A stretch of DNA of 64,000 bases from Minisyncoccia bacterium (GCA_041738755.1 JBGSPE010000011.1:70658-134657); one strand, 5' to 3'; shown: positions 36,152-46,068, numbered from the stretch's first letter. Notes: generated by a model not told the origin, from the sequence alone. Numbers and translations are program-made.

Positions 36152-36917
36152 ATTCTTCTTCGTCTGCTGTGCTAATAAGTGTACTTATACCCGCATATCC
36201 GCGTGATGCTGGATTATCCAAGATCTTCTGCGCTGCTTCAAACGGATCCTTATCGTCGAGTCTCTTCGCTTCAAGTATGGCAGTCAACCTACCATACCAA
36301 TTCGCATTCTCGTACTCGCTATTTGACGTCTGAATTTTATGAATAGCATCAACAAGAGCTGGGAAAACTATGGCGCTGTGAAGTATGCCCTGAACTGGCT
36401 TCTGTCCGCGTACCTCGAGGTAGTTCCGCCAATCAACCTTAGACAGAACAATAGTGATTTTTTCTGTTTCGTAATCAATCTGCATCGGACCCTCGTGTTG
36501 TGTACCTTCCATGATTGACATGAATGAAGAGACAGGGGGACGTAGTGGATCAAATGCCTTTTCCGCAATAAATGATGCTTGTCCTCCTACAGCTAGAATT
36601 TCTCCAGCCTCAATGTTAAAAGTTTCACCCTCGTAGTCGGAGTGCGGTTCTGTTGGACGATACCCTTTAATGTTTTGGTCCGCACAGATTGAGAAAGTAA
36701 CAGTGACGCGTTCACGGAGCATCTTGGAAGGAATGGTCATTTTGTCATCAAGTTTACGCGTTGAAAAACTCCTGCGGAAGAATGTGCTTCGACACTCAAC
36801 TTCGATTGTGAATGAGGCCTTTTCTTTCTTCAATAATTCCTCTATTCCGCCGTTCTTCAAAGAGAATGACGGGCTGAGTGTTACCGCGTCTCGGCCAAGT
36901 TCGTACGGTAACTCCAC
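36144..36917 (-). CDS. Uncharacterised protein (257 aa), cassette component
   Basis: ORF co-oriented and tightly spaced with flanking cassette genes. Confidence 0.35.
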   Translation of the reverse strand: MELPYELGRDAVTLSPSFSLKNGGIEELLKKEKASFTIEVECRSTFFRRSFSTRKLDDKMTIPSKMLRERVTVTFSICADQNIKGYRPTEPHSDYEGETFNIEAGEILAVGGQASFIAEKAFDPLRPPVSSFMSIMEGTQHEGPMQIDYETEKITIVLSKVDWRNYLEVRGQKPVQGILHSAIVFPALVDAIHKIQTSNSEYENANWYGRLTAILEAKRLDDKDPFEAAQKILDNPASRGYAGISTLISTADEEEYE

Positions 36918-36977
36918 TTTGAAGAAGCCCCGAGGTCATCCCCGTTGCTGAGTACCGGATGTGGATATGATTTAGTG

Positions 36978-38903
36978 TTAACCTTCATATGTTTCTATGC
37001 CGAGAGCATACTTATTCGCTGACGGAAGCTTAACCGCAAGCTTTAATGTTTCTCCGACTTTGACAATTAGACCTTTTATAATCGAGTCGCCGATTTCGTA
37101 TACTTTTCCGCTCTTTACATCTTTAGCCGATACAATATCCACTGGGTAACTACCATCATCGCCGACAGCGACTATACGTATAGAACCTTCACAGTCTTCA
37201 TGCCCAGTAATAGCTAGGCGGTATTCCATTCCATTTTTCGAATCATGTACGAAACTACGAAATGAAATGGATGATGTTTTGATTCTCATACCATCGTCTG
37301 TTCCGGACTTTGCTCCAGTCTCACGACTACGAGTACCACTACCCGGGCCTTCTGGTGGTACATGTATCACTTTATCTTGTTGCTTATTTGTCACAATGCT
37401 CTTACGTGTAACCGAGCTTGTATCAGCAATGTCCGCATCGCGATCTGCACCAATTTCCCGACCTGACTCTATGCCGGTTGACATACCAGTCTCTTCAAGA
37501 GCCTCACTACCATCAGAAGGCATGTAATCACGCTCTTCGCTGTCAGGAAGATAGCGGTCAAGTCCAGGGATATCCTCAGGCTCACTTGTCAGCGACTCAG
37601 CCATAGTCTTCAGCGACTGTTTTATAAATAAATCAAGCTCTCTAAGAGCCGCCGGTCCCTTGGAGGAACGTGCGTGATCCCACTTATCATGCGCGGGTGG
37701 TTCTATGTCACGAAGTATTTCATTGCCACGATCATCTTCACAAATAAAGACTCCTGAGTACGGTTCTCGCAAAACTCGATATGCTTTCTCCTGTACGAGC
37801 ATCTTTGGCTTACGCACCATCATGACTCTGCTAGGATAGCCGTCGTTTTTACGAACGTATAACTTGACCTTACCTAGATTTCGCAGGTCTTGTTCAAATA
37901 TATTGCTCGACGGGCTGGTTACCGCATCAAAATGGAAACGAGCATCCCCAACATCATAATCTTCAAAGCATTGCTGAAGATTGTCTTTAGTAATTACTAG
38001 CTCTCCACCATCACGAATGGTAACTTCTAGGTTACCGTGAAGAATGGTCAGCCAAAAATTATGTAGCACCGATTTAATAAGTTTCTCTTCCCATTCTGGA
38101 CCAGCATCGTATCCCATAATGAATATATCTGTACCGCGCTCTTCGCGTTTGAACAAAGAAGGAACGATATCGGCCTGCCTGATTGCTTTATATCCTTCAA
38201 CTCCAAAAAATCCAACACCCTGGCGTACATCCTTCTTTTCATTGTGATGACTAACGAGGCGAGCCTTTCCTTGGCAAACGAGTTCATTTTTGTCATTGAT
38301 GCTTGAATAGAAAACCGTACGTAGCAAGGACGCAGCAATAGGCGCACCTTTGCCGATACCGAAAGAACCTCCCCCCACTCCCTTAAAGTTACTGGTACCT
38401 GCAGCACGTACGAGACGGTACCAATTCCCTTCAACTTCCGAGTCCCCTCCTGAAAGTCCCTTGGTATTGAAATCACTGATTTTAAGAACAGGTAGTTTGT
38501 TACTTTTAAGAAGGGCGATAGCGTCTTTGAAGAATTTTTCGGCTTTTTCCTGACCTTTCACGAAGACAAGACACTGATGCATACGCCTAAGCAACTCGTC
38601 CCGACCCGGCACATCTTTAGGATTCACTGTCAGCCGTTCAAATACCACTGATACCGGTACATTGTATTCTAAGCGTGCATCTATAGAGTTTTGAATCGCC
38701 TCACGAGCGATATATTTCTCATGATCACCTTGGAAATATTCTAGAAGTGAGTCGGAAAATCCGTGATTCTCACCATGATCTGTGCTCGGGAAAAACCAAC
38801 AGAGATCTGCACTCTTCTTTTCTTCCTCCTTCGTTACTTTTTTTATTGAGGCCTTCTTTTGGTGTTTGGTTGGCATGTTATTAAAGTTTGAATTCTTTAT
38901 CAC
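36978..38903 (-). CDS. GHKL-superfamily (HATPase_c / MORC-MutL-like) ATPase, 641 aa
   Basis: N-box EAIQNSIDA and G-box NFKGVGGGSFGIGKGA of the Bergerat ATP-binding fold; long Ser/Gly/Asp-rich linker and a C-terminal beta-rich region. Confidence 0.6.
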   Translation of the reverse strand: MIKNSNFNNMPTKHQKKASIKKVTKEEEKKSADLCWFFPSTDHGENHGFSDSLLEYFQGDHEKYIAREAIQNSIDARLEYNVPVSVVFERLTVNPKDVPGRDELLRRMHQCLVFVKGQEKAEKFFKDAIALLKSNKLPVLKISDFNTKGLSGGDSEVEGNWYRLVRAAGTSNFKGVGGGSFGIGKGAPIAASLLRTVFYSSINDKNELVCQGKARLVSHHNEKKDVRQGVGFFGVEGYKAIRQADIVPSLFKREERGTDIFIMGYDAGPEWEEKLIKSVLHNFWLTILHGNLEVTIRDGGELVITKDNLQQCFEDYDVGDARFHFDAVTSPSSNIFEQDLRNLGKVKLYVRKNDGYPSRVMMVRKPKMLVQEKAYRVLREPYSGVFICEDDRGNEILRDIEPPAHDKWDHARSSKGPAALRELDLFIKQSLKTMAESLTSEPEDIPGLDRYLPDSEERDYMPSDGSEALEETGMSTGIESGREIGADRDADIADTSSVTRKSIVTNKQQDKVIHVPPEGPGSGTRSRETGAKSGTDDGMRIKTSSISFRSFVHDSKNGMEYRLAITGHEDCEGSIRIVAVGDDGSYPVDIVSAKDVKSGKVYEIGDSIIKGLIVKVGETLKLAVKLPSANKYALGIETYEG

Positions 38904-39096
38904 GGTTAGGGAAGGTGAATTTTGATTTCGCTTCTCTAATCTTTTTTTCTATTTCAGAAAAAATCTTATTCACCTCATCCTCAGTGTAATCGTAATGGCT
39001 ACGGTTCGCACAGTTGGCCAGTATTTTCACACGTCGAAGCACCTCATTTGTCCGAGTAGTAGCAAGCCTCTTAAAATTTTCTCTCCTGTCATCCAT
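38881..39096 (-). CDS. Small (71 aa) basic protein preceding the GHKL ATPase; possible regulator
   Basis: ORF overlapping the GHKL start by 23 nt; located between Dcm and the cassette. Confidence 0.3.
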   Translation of the reverse strand: MDDRRENFKRLATTRTNEVLRRVKILANCANRSHYDYTEDEVNKIFSEIEKKIREAKSKFTFPNRDKEFKL

Positions 39097-39202
39097 AGAT
39101 AATATATATCATAGGACAATACATTATGTCAAATAGTAGTCTATTTACATAAAATAACGTTCATTTAGAAATTGGTTATTTGGCAGTTCTTTTAGGACCA
39201 CC

Positions 39203-40177
39203 TCACGATTCAAGGGCAATACGAATATTTTCTGCAATTCTAGAAATAACAGGAACAGTTACTGAATTACCGACCTGCTTGTAAAGATGTGAGTTCGCCT
39301 GGTCTTTAGGCAGTTTGAACGACTCGGGAAATCCTTGGAGACGGGCGCATTCGCGCGGAGTGAGTTTTCTAATTCCTTTTGCATCTCTAATGATCGGCAC
39401 ATTATGGCCACCCATACCCATACTCGCTGTAAGTGTCGGAGCCATGCCATTCTTGAGTTCGCGAACGTATACGCGACGATATTGGTAGAACCGATCGCGG
39501 TGCTTTACAGCTTTCTTTACCCTGTCGTATATCTCGCCATAGCGCTTATCATAATAGAATTCATCTCCTACATTCTTTTCCAAAATGTTAGACATTTTCT
39601 TCGTGAGCACTATCTCATCTGGAAAGCGGAACTTCATAAGTGTCCTCGGCGAACGGAACGCGACAATATAAATTCGCTCTCTAGATTGCGGAACGTTGCC
39701 GTGCGTCGAACTATTGAGAACTTGTGCCTTCATGTAGTAACCAGCATTTTTTAATTCCTCTTCTATCCGCTTGAAGGTTTTTTCATCGTCGTGATTCATG
39801 AGGTGCTTTACGTTCTCGAGGAATACCGCATCTGGCTTCCGACTTTTGAGAATATCAATCACCGCGAACAGTGCATTACCTCTGTTCTTAACATCTTTAA
39901 ATCCCTGCTTATTGCCAGCAACAGAGAATGGTTGACAAGGAAAGCCTCCGAGAAGAATGTCAAAACGCTTAGGTACTTTCTTCATATCTGAATCCTTAAT
40001 CACCTCAAAAAGATCTCGATTGTCTAATTCGCCAAAATTAAGCTTATATGTTTCGGCAGCATGCTTATCAAAATCATTCGAGTAAGCTATTTCAAAACCC
40101 GCAGATTCAAATCCAATACGAATGCCACCGATACCGGCAAACAAGTCAATCGCCTTTAAATTCTTTTTACGCGCCAT
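39203..40177 (-). CDS. dcm: DNA (cytosine-5)-methyltransferase
   Basis: Motif I DLFAGIGG, motif IV GGFPCQPFS, motif VI ENV. Confidence 0.85.
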   Translation of the reverse strand: MARKKNLKAIDLFAGIGGIRIGFESAGFEIAYSNDFDKHAAETYKLNFGELDNRDLFEVIKDSDMKKVPKRFDILLGGFPCQPFSVAGNKQGFKDVKNRGNALFAVIDILKSRKPDAVFLENVKHLMNHDDEKTFKRIEEELKNAGYYMKAQVLNSSTHGNVPQSRERIYIVAFRSPRTLMKFRFPDEIVLTKKMSNILEKNVGDEFYYDKRYGEIYDRVKKAVKHRDRFYQYRRVYVRELKNGMAPTLTASMGMGGHNVPIIRDAKGIRKLTPRECARLQGFPESFKLPKDQANSHLYKQVGNSVTVPVISRIAENIRIALES

Positions 40178-40235
40178 AATAATTTCCTTACATTATAGCT
40201 TTTTTCATAAAATTTCGCTGCAGTCGTTATCAAGA

Positions 40236-41566
40236 CAGCTAACACTTTATATGCTCAACTTTTTACCTTGCATAAAGATAGTCGAACTAAAGCAGGAAAT
40301 CACGTCCCGCTTCTCCTCCATCGTTCCATCTTTAAGTAGGAACTTCACATAATCCTTCACATCAATGTCGCTCACAGCCACGTCCGACCTCTCCCCTAAC
40401 AGTGACCTGTGAAATTTCTTGTATCTGATTACCTCAGCCTCAACTTTCTTTTTAACTCTCGTCTCGTTGAGATTTGCCGTATCGATGAGCTTTTGAAGTT
40501 ATGTTATTAGGTCATCTTCATTGATGTAGCCACACGGACAATGCGGGTCTCTTGCTTTCGTACATCCGTAATAGACATGAGTCTTTATAGTCCCGTTCTT
40601 ATGCTTCTTATACTTTGCATCAGCACTAATGCCAGATCCACATAGCCCGCATGTCATGAGTTTAGTAAATGCAAACTCTTTATCTTGTCGTGTCTTTAGT
40701 TCATTACCTTTAAGCTGTACTTGAACAAGGTCGTAAAGTTCTTTTGTTATGAGTGGTTTGTGTTTACCCTGATACCAGTTCCCGCTGTCTCTTGGGTATT
40801 CAAAGACGCCATAGTAGAAGTGATTCTCAAGCAAGCGGTAAATGTTACCAAGACTGAGTGGCTTCTTACTTGGAAGAGCTTTAAAGTTAAGGTCAAACTT
40901 AAGCCAGTGATACAGCTTTCTCCCACTCCACTTATCGTACGCTACTTTTTCAAACATCTGCTTCACAACATGTCCTCTTTCAGGATCGATTAGCGTCTCG
41001 CACTTTCGATCCATTCGTTTTTCTTTTAAGTACCCAGTCGGCGCTGGTGCGGGCCAGAGTCCCATTTCAACTCGTGTCTTTAAACCTCGCTTCACATTGA
41101 TACTTTTGTTGTCGTTCTCGAGCTTTGCCTGAGAACAGAGAATCATTAGTAGAAACTTTTCACTTGGTGTATTTGTGAACGTCTGTCCATACGTTCGTAT
41201 CTCGTGTAGCAAATGTTGATCCATAAGGTCTACGAGTGATCCTAAGTCACCAGCATTACGGCTAAGGCGATCTGGATGCCAAACAATAATCCCGTTAAAT
41301 CTTTCTCTTCGAATGTCCTCCAGTATTTCTTTAAAAACAGGACGTTGTCCAGAGTCTTTCGCAGAATGTGACTCTCTTCGTATCTCTACTATGTCCAACC
41401 CCTCACGTTCAGCGATAGCAAGCATCTCTTTAACCTGTGAATCAATTGAGAGCGCTTGCTTCTCATCAGATTCGGTAGATTTTCTAGCGTAGAGCAAATA
41501 TTTAACAGGTACTTTTGGTACCTCAGTTTTAACCCCAAAGTTGTTCATCATCTGTGTTTCCATCAT
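40236..41566 (-). pseudogene. Large serine recombinase interrupted by an in-frame TAA (stop at 40499..40501); the frame continues for 84 more codons
   Basis: Resolvase catalytic domain YARKSTESDEKQ, recombinase domain, zinc ribbon CGLCG...C..C, then ...NEDDLIT*LQKLIDTANLNETRVKKK... in the same frame. Confidence 0.65.
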
Positions 41567-41902
41567 TAATTAATGACAGAACCATGTATGGTGCAAAGCT
41601 ATGCAGAACTAGGTAAACGTCGCATACTCCTCCTTAAGACTTAGCAAAACAGCAAACGTGCGATAGGGTGAAAACGGTAGCAAAAACTGTTATTATGTTC
41701 GTTACAACACCTAAACCAGATAGTAATTTCTGGCATGGTGCAAAGAAATCCTACGCAAATAGAAACGGCCACATAAGCCGGCACTTATTTGCGTAGGTTC
41801 GCTCTCGAAAGGGAGCGGGATAATTCCGAAAGGAGTTGTCGTCGGTCTTGTGTGGCCATTTGTGTTACCAAGATTTTATAAATAAAACCTACGCAAAAAA
41901 AT

Positions 41903-42112
41903 ATGAACAAATGGGAATACAAAGTTATCACTCCTAAAATGGAGGGTTGGATTAAGAAGAAGGTGTCAGCAGACACCTTCGACGAATTGAATGAGTTAGG
42001 TATTCAGGGGTGGGAGTTAATTAACGTTGTGCCTGTGACAGCAAATACGGGTACGAGCTGGGGCGGTACTACAGCGTCATTTGTGTTTTTCCTCAAACGG
42101 ACTCTTTCTTAA
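41903..42112 (+). CDS. DUF4177-like small protein
   Basis: MNKWEYKVITPK...GWEL pattern typical of DUF4177. Confidence 0.45.
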   Translation: MNKWEYKVITPKMEGWIKKKVSADTFDELNELGIQGWELINVVPVTANTGTSWGGTTASFVFFLKRTLS

Positions 42113-42488
42113 GCTTCATAAATTTAGCAAGCATATCTTCCATAGTCTTCAATTCACCCTCGTCTAACTTGTCTGGTGGAGGCTGTTTGGATATAGGTAC
42201 ATTATCTGATTGTGGTTTATAACTCGGATGTCGGTGTTGGAGCCAAAAGCGTACAGCTGCCCAGTTTTTCTCTTGAGCCATCCTCAGTAACTGACTCTCA
42301 GTCATATCGTTCATGTTAGCAATACCTTCCTGCATCGCCTTATCCATTTCAAGTTCAAATCCATGGTCCTCACGACACCAACGGTAAACAGTTTGCCTAG
42401 CAATACCGACTATTTTGCAGGCATTCAAGACATTGGGTACTTTCCGAAGCTCATCGAGGAATTGCTTCGAGTACTTAGGCTTTTTCAT
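42093..42488 (-). CDS. HTH protein resembling the phage terminase small subunit N-terminal DNA-binding domain
   Basis: KYSKQFLDELRKVPNVLNACKIVGIARQTVYRWCRED pattern. Confidence 0.4.
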   Translation of the reverse strand: MKKPKYSKQFLDELRKVPNVLNACKIVGIARQTVYRWCREDHGFELEMDKAMQEGIANMNDMTESQLLRMAQEKNWAAVRFWLQHRHPSYKPQSDNVPISKQPPPDKLDEGELKTMEDMLAKFMKLKKESV

Positions 42489-43785
42489 AATAGCCTTTAA
42501 TTATCTCCGCCTTTTTGCCTGTCAGCTTCTCGTACCTATTGATTGCCAGTTGGCAAAAGATGGGCTCAATCTCAGTGGCATACACTCGACGCTTCAACTG
42601 TTCAGCCGCAATCATGGTACTCGCTGATCCAGAAAATGAATCAAGGATAATATCGCCTGGCCTAGAACAGCGTTTGATAGCTTTTTCGTGTAATGTCGGT
42701 GGTTTAGAGGTGGCGTGTTCGTAGTCCTTAGAATTGAGTCGTTTTGCACTCCAAACGTTTGTAACGTCTTCTAGCAGCTCGTTGCCAGTACCTAGCTCCT
42801 TATTCATTATCTCGTTAGCGTTACGCACTTGGTCAGACAAGAATGGTGAACCCGTAGTGCCATAGACGCAGAACTCAGTCACTTTGTTGAAAGCTACGGT
42901 AGGGGTCGGGGAAGCGTTATTCTTCAGCCATAAATTTAGACGGCGGTTTTTGATACCCAGCTCGTTATAGAGAGTTTGGAATACCCACACCCACGCCTCA
43001 TCACACCAATAAAAGTAGTGTGCATCAGGTTGTGTTACCGACATTGCTGCTTTGAGTGACTTCTCAATAAAGGACTTATACTCACTAGCAGTTTTATTAT
43101 CATCTACCGTACCGCCATAGTTTTGCTTATTCCCAACGCCTTTGTCATAGCTTAAACCAATATTATAGATTGGGTCGCTATAGACCATGGCGGCTTTGTC
43201 TCCATTAAACAGCGCCTTAAGCGCATCAGGGTCAAGAGCATCGGCACAAAGGAGTTTATGGTCACCAAGGATAATCAGATCACCTAGCTCTATATCAGTC
43301 TCCTTAATTTTCTTTATCTCCTTGTCTGGATTAAACGTGTCGCCTTTAACTTCTACTTCCGCGTCCCAGAACTTACTCAACTCAACTTGGTCAAATCCTA
43401 TATCAGTTAGTAGCTCAAGACCAAAGTCTTTGAGTAACTCGTAGTCCCAGTCACCAGTTACAGCGTTAGAAGTGATGAGATACTGTCGGTACTCATCTTC
43501 TGTTAGCTTACGATTAGGAACTCGTACATCAATTACTTCTTTACCTCGTCCCAGTAACTGCATCACCTTTAGTCGTTGGTGACCAGCCACTATTCGACCA
43601 TCAGTATCAATCACAGGGATTTCAACTAGGTTGAACTTGGTAAAACTTTTCTTCAGGTCAGATAATTGCTTTGAGCTAATAGTACGAGGGTTCTTCTCAT
43701 ACGGTATTAGCGTATCGACAACACGGGTTTCCGTGTGCCATGAAAGAGTGTTCATGAGCGTATAGTTACGCGAATAAAATTGCAT
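42475..43785 (-). CDS. ParB-like nuclease domain fused to a beta-class N6-adenine/N4-cytosine DNA methyltransferase
   Basis: N-terminal ParB-N-like region (GHQRL); motif IV SDPIYN (DPPY) precedes motif I ILDSFSGSAST. Confidence 0.75.
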   Translation of the reverse strand: MQFYSRNYTLMNTLSWHTETRVVDTLIPYEKNPRTISSKQLSDLKKSFTKFNLVEIPVIDTDGRIVAGHQRLKVMQLLGRGKEVIDVRVPNRKLTEDEYRQYLITSNAVTGDWDYELLKDFGLELLTDIGFDQVELSKFWDAEVEVKGDTFNPDKEIKKIKETDIELGDLIILGDHKLLCADALDPDALKALFNGDKAAMVYSDPIYNIGLSYDKGVGNKQNYGGTVDDNKTASEYKSFIEKSLKAAMSVTQPDAHYFYWCDEAWVWVFQTLYNELGIKNRRLNLWLKNNASPTPTVAFNKVTEFCVYGTTGSPFLSDQVRNANEIMNKELGTGNELLEDVTNVWSAKRLNSKDYEHATSKPPTLHEKAIKRCSRPGDIILDSFSGSASTMIAAEQLKRRVYATEIEPIFCQLAINRYEKLTGKKAEIIKGYYEKA

Positions 43786-44156
43786 ATAGTGCCTGCCTAT
43801 TTCTAGACCCGGACTTTTTTCACAAATTTCATCGCGACCATTAACTTACGTCATGATCGTTACTTAGACGATATACCTACTGGGCTGTAATTGGAAGAGT
43901 ACACAGTTGTACACCTTGTGGATAGCCGAGTAACAAAACGAAACAAAAAAGTTACAGGGTACTGTAACTTGAGAAGTGAAAAATCTGTCACTTTTGTCAC
44001 TTTTTAATGAGCACGAGACCCTTCGATTTATGAACCTCGGAAGTAGCAAAACGGCCAAGCCCTGCTTGACGGCTCACGGTTCTAGCACGAGACGGCCCGC
44101 TCATTGAAAATGCACCCATCTTGGGTGCTATTTTCTAGAGTGGAGAGGATTAAACT

Positions 44157-45017
44157 TTACAAATCAGACTGTGAAGTCCATACGGTTGTAGTTGTGGTTT
44201 TCACTGAACCGTTGGCACTAGTGACAGTTTCCGTTCTAGATGATCCACCAGTATCTCTAAAACTATTATGTTGGTCGGTAAGCTCACTATTAAAGACCTT
44301 CTCAAATACTGTACCAACTGTATATGGGGCGATTTTTTTACGAAGATTTAAGTTAACTTCAATGAATTTATAAAATAAACCTTTTTCACCTGGTTTGCGA
44401 TGTTCAGAAATATGGAAATAAGCATCAAAAGTAGTTTTAAAAGTAAGGAGTAATATTGCTGGCAATAAATCAACAAACGTCGCAGTTTCACCAGCACTTG
44501 CTAGTGAATTAATCACATCTGGTAAAAATACAATTACCATTACATGTGTAAATATAACTCTTTTAAAGGGTGTGAAAATCGCATTAAAAGAAGCATCAAA
44601 TTTTTCATATTCTTTACTAAGCAGAAAGTTTGTGACGTATGATATACCGTGGCTTGCAAGTAAGGTACCAATTATTATCGATAGATCTGAGACGTTTATA
44701 CCGAGATTCTGGTACCCACTAAAGTAAAATATAGCAAATAAAACCAAGCCATGAACTAAGCTAAAACCCCCAAAAAAGATGATAAAGAACGTAGAATCTT
44801 TATTCTGTACAGCCGTATTGGAAGACCTTTCGATTTTCTTTAACTTAAGTAAGGAGAATAAAAGTACGATAAGATTTTCAAACCAGTACGCAACTATAAT
44901 TGTCGTAATATCCCAGCCAAGGAAAACGAAACCGTAGATAGTAAATACATTTGCTGCAATTAAGCTTGAAAGCGCGTAGCCATTAGAAACATGTAACATA
45001 CATAATAAGTATAACAA
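44157..45017 (-). CDS. Polytopic membrane protein, hypothetical
   Basis: Multiple TM helices; no family recognised. Confidence 0.4.
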   Translation of the reverse strand: MLYLLCMLHVSNGYALSSLIAANVFTIYGFVFLGWDITTIIVAYWFENLIVLLFSLLKLKKIERSSNTAVQNKDSTFFIIFFGGFSLVHGLVLFAIFYFSGYQNLGINVSDLSIIIGTLLASHGISYVTNFLLSKEYEKFDASFNAIFTPFKRVIFTHVMVIVFLPDVINSLASAGETATFVDLLPAILLLTFKTTFDAYFHISEHRKPGEKGLFYKFIEVNLNLRKKIAPYTVGTVFEKVFNSELTDQHNSFRDTGGSSRTETVTSANGSVKTTTTTVWTSQSDL

Positions 45018-45067
45018 TGATTATGTGCTATCTGCCTTACGTACTAACGTTTTAGATTGCTACATTC

Positions 45068-45964
45068 CTAGCTTTTATATTCCACCGCAAACTTCTGGAC
45101 CGTGTGATTAATTTGCTCACGCAATTTGAGACTAGCTTTTTTGGTCGGTGCCTCGAGTGAAAAGACGATATCATCTTTCGTATTTTCCTTTACGTATAAC
45201 TTACACTTATCAAGTTCAAACGTGTTTGGATATTGTATATCCAGGTGCTTTAGGAGGGCTTGCTCAAACGGATCCACTGCAGTGAGTTGCGCCCGGAGCA
45301 TGCGAAACTCAGTGTTAATTCTTTTTGGCTTTAGTTTACTAAAATTCACCACTTCTTTGGCGTGAATTACCGTGTTAGGAATAAAAAGCACATCACCTGA
45401 TTCAGTCTTCAGTTGAACACTGGAGAAAGTCACGTTTCGGATTACTCCTTTTGGCATATCCCCTACTTGAATATAGTCCCCGATTTCATAATCAACAGAA
45501 AACATAATTGAAAATCCAAACAGGAAGTTTTTGATAAAGTCTTGGAAGATAATAGTGAGTGCAACTGCAACAAGCGCAATCGAACTTAAGAAACTTCGAA
45601 ACTCAATATCAAAGACTACAAAGATAAAAGCGACCGTAGCAAAACCCGTAAGAGCATTCACCAGAGCGTTCACACCGACCGTAAAATTATCGTGCTCCTC
45701 GGTTGAAATATTGCGCCGCCGACGGTGGCCAGAGACAACTAGAATACGAATGATATTAATACTGATATTTGTTATCAGGGTATACAGAACCACCCAAAAG
45801 GTTTGGAGTGCATAAGGTATCTCAACGAGAAGTGGGTGAGCAAACCATTTAAACACTGCCAGGGTAGCTAGCAAAACAATCGACAGCACAAATTGTTGCT
45901 TTCGATGGGCTGATACCAGGGATGATTGGAGTGTGATTGTTTGCAAAAATTGTTTCATTATCAT
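45068..45964 (-). CDS. Small-conductance mechanosensitive channel (MscS family)
   Basis: IGDYIQVGDMPKGVIRNVTFSSVQLKTESGDVLFIPN MscS beta-domain signature. Confidence 0.75.
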   Translation of the reverse strand: MIMKQFLQTITLQSSLVSAHRKQQFVLSIVLLATLAVFKWFAHPLLVEIPYALQTFWVVLYTLITNISINIIRILVVSGHRRRRNISTEEHDNFTVGVNALVNALTGFATVAFIFVVFDIEFRSFLSSIALVAVALTIIFQDFIKNFLFGFSIMFSVDYEIGDYIQVGDMPKGVIRNVTFSSVQLKTESGDVLFIPNTVIHAKEVVNFSKLKPKRINTEFRMLRAQLTAVDPFEQALLKHLDIQYPNTFELDKCKLYVKENTKDDIVFSLEAPTKKASLKLREQINHTVQKFAVEYKS

Positions 45965-46068
45965 AAGCCTACCGTGTTATGTGAGACGATGCTAGAGGAG
46001 AATTATTACAAGGTATACAAAAACACCCACATAAGTGAGTGTTTTGTCTTCTCAGACAACCGAGCTAG

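Larger units (their letters stand above)
33406..44095. mobile_element. Putative integrative genomic island (about 10.7 kb) adjacent to tRNA-Ser, bounded by a 13-15 bp direct repeat (ctagcacgagacg)
   Basis: Repeat at 33413..33427 and 44081..44095; contents are a serine recombinase, two DNA methyltransferases, a terminase-small-like HTH gene and a defence-like cassette. Confidence 0.4.

Noticed and set aside
33413-44095. Treating the ctagcacgagacg repeat as a definitive attL/attR
   Set aside because: Not rejected but downgraded. A 13-15 bp identity is expected by chance several times in 64 kb, and the left copy is also simply the stem of the tRNA-Ser terminator. It is retained only as a tentative island boundary.
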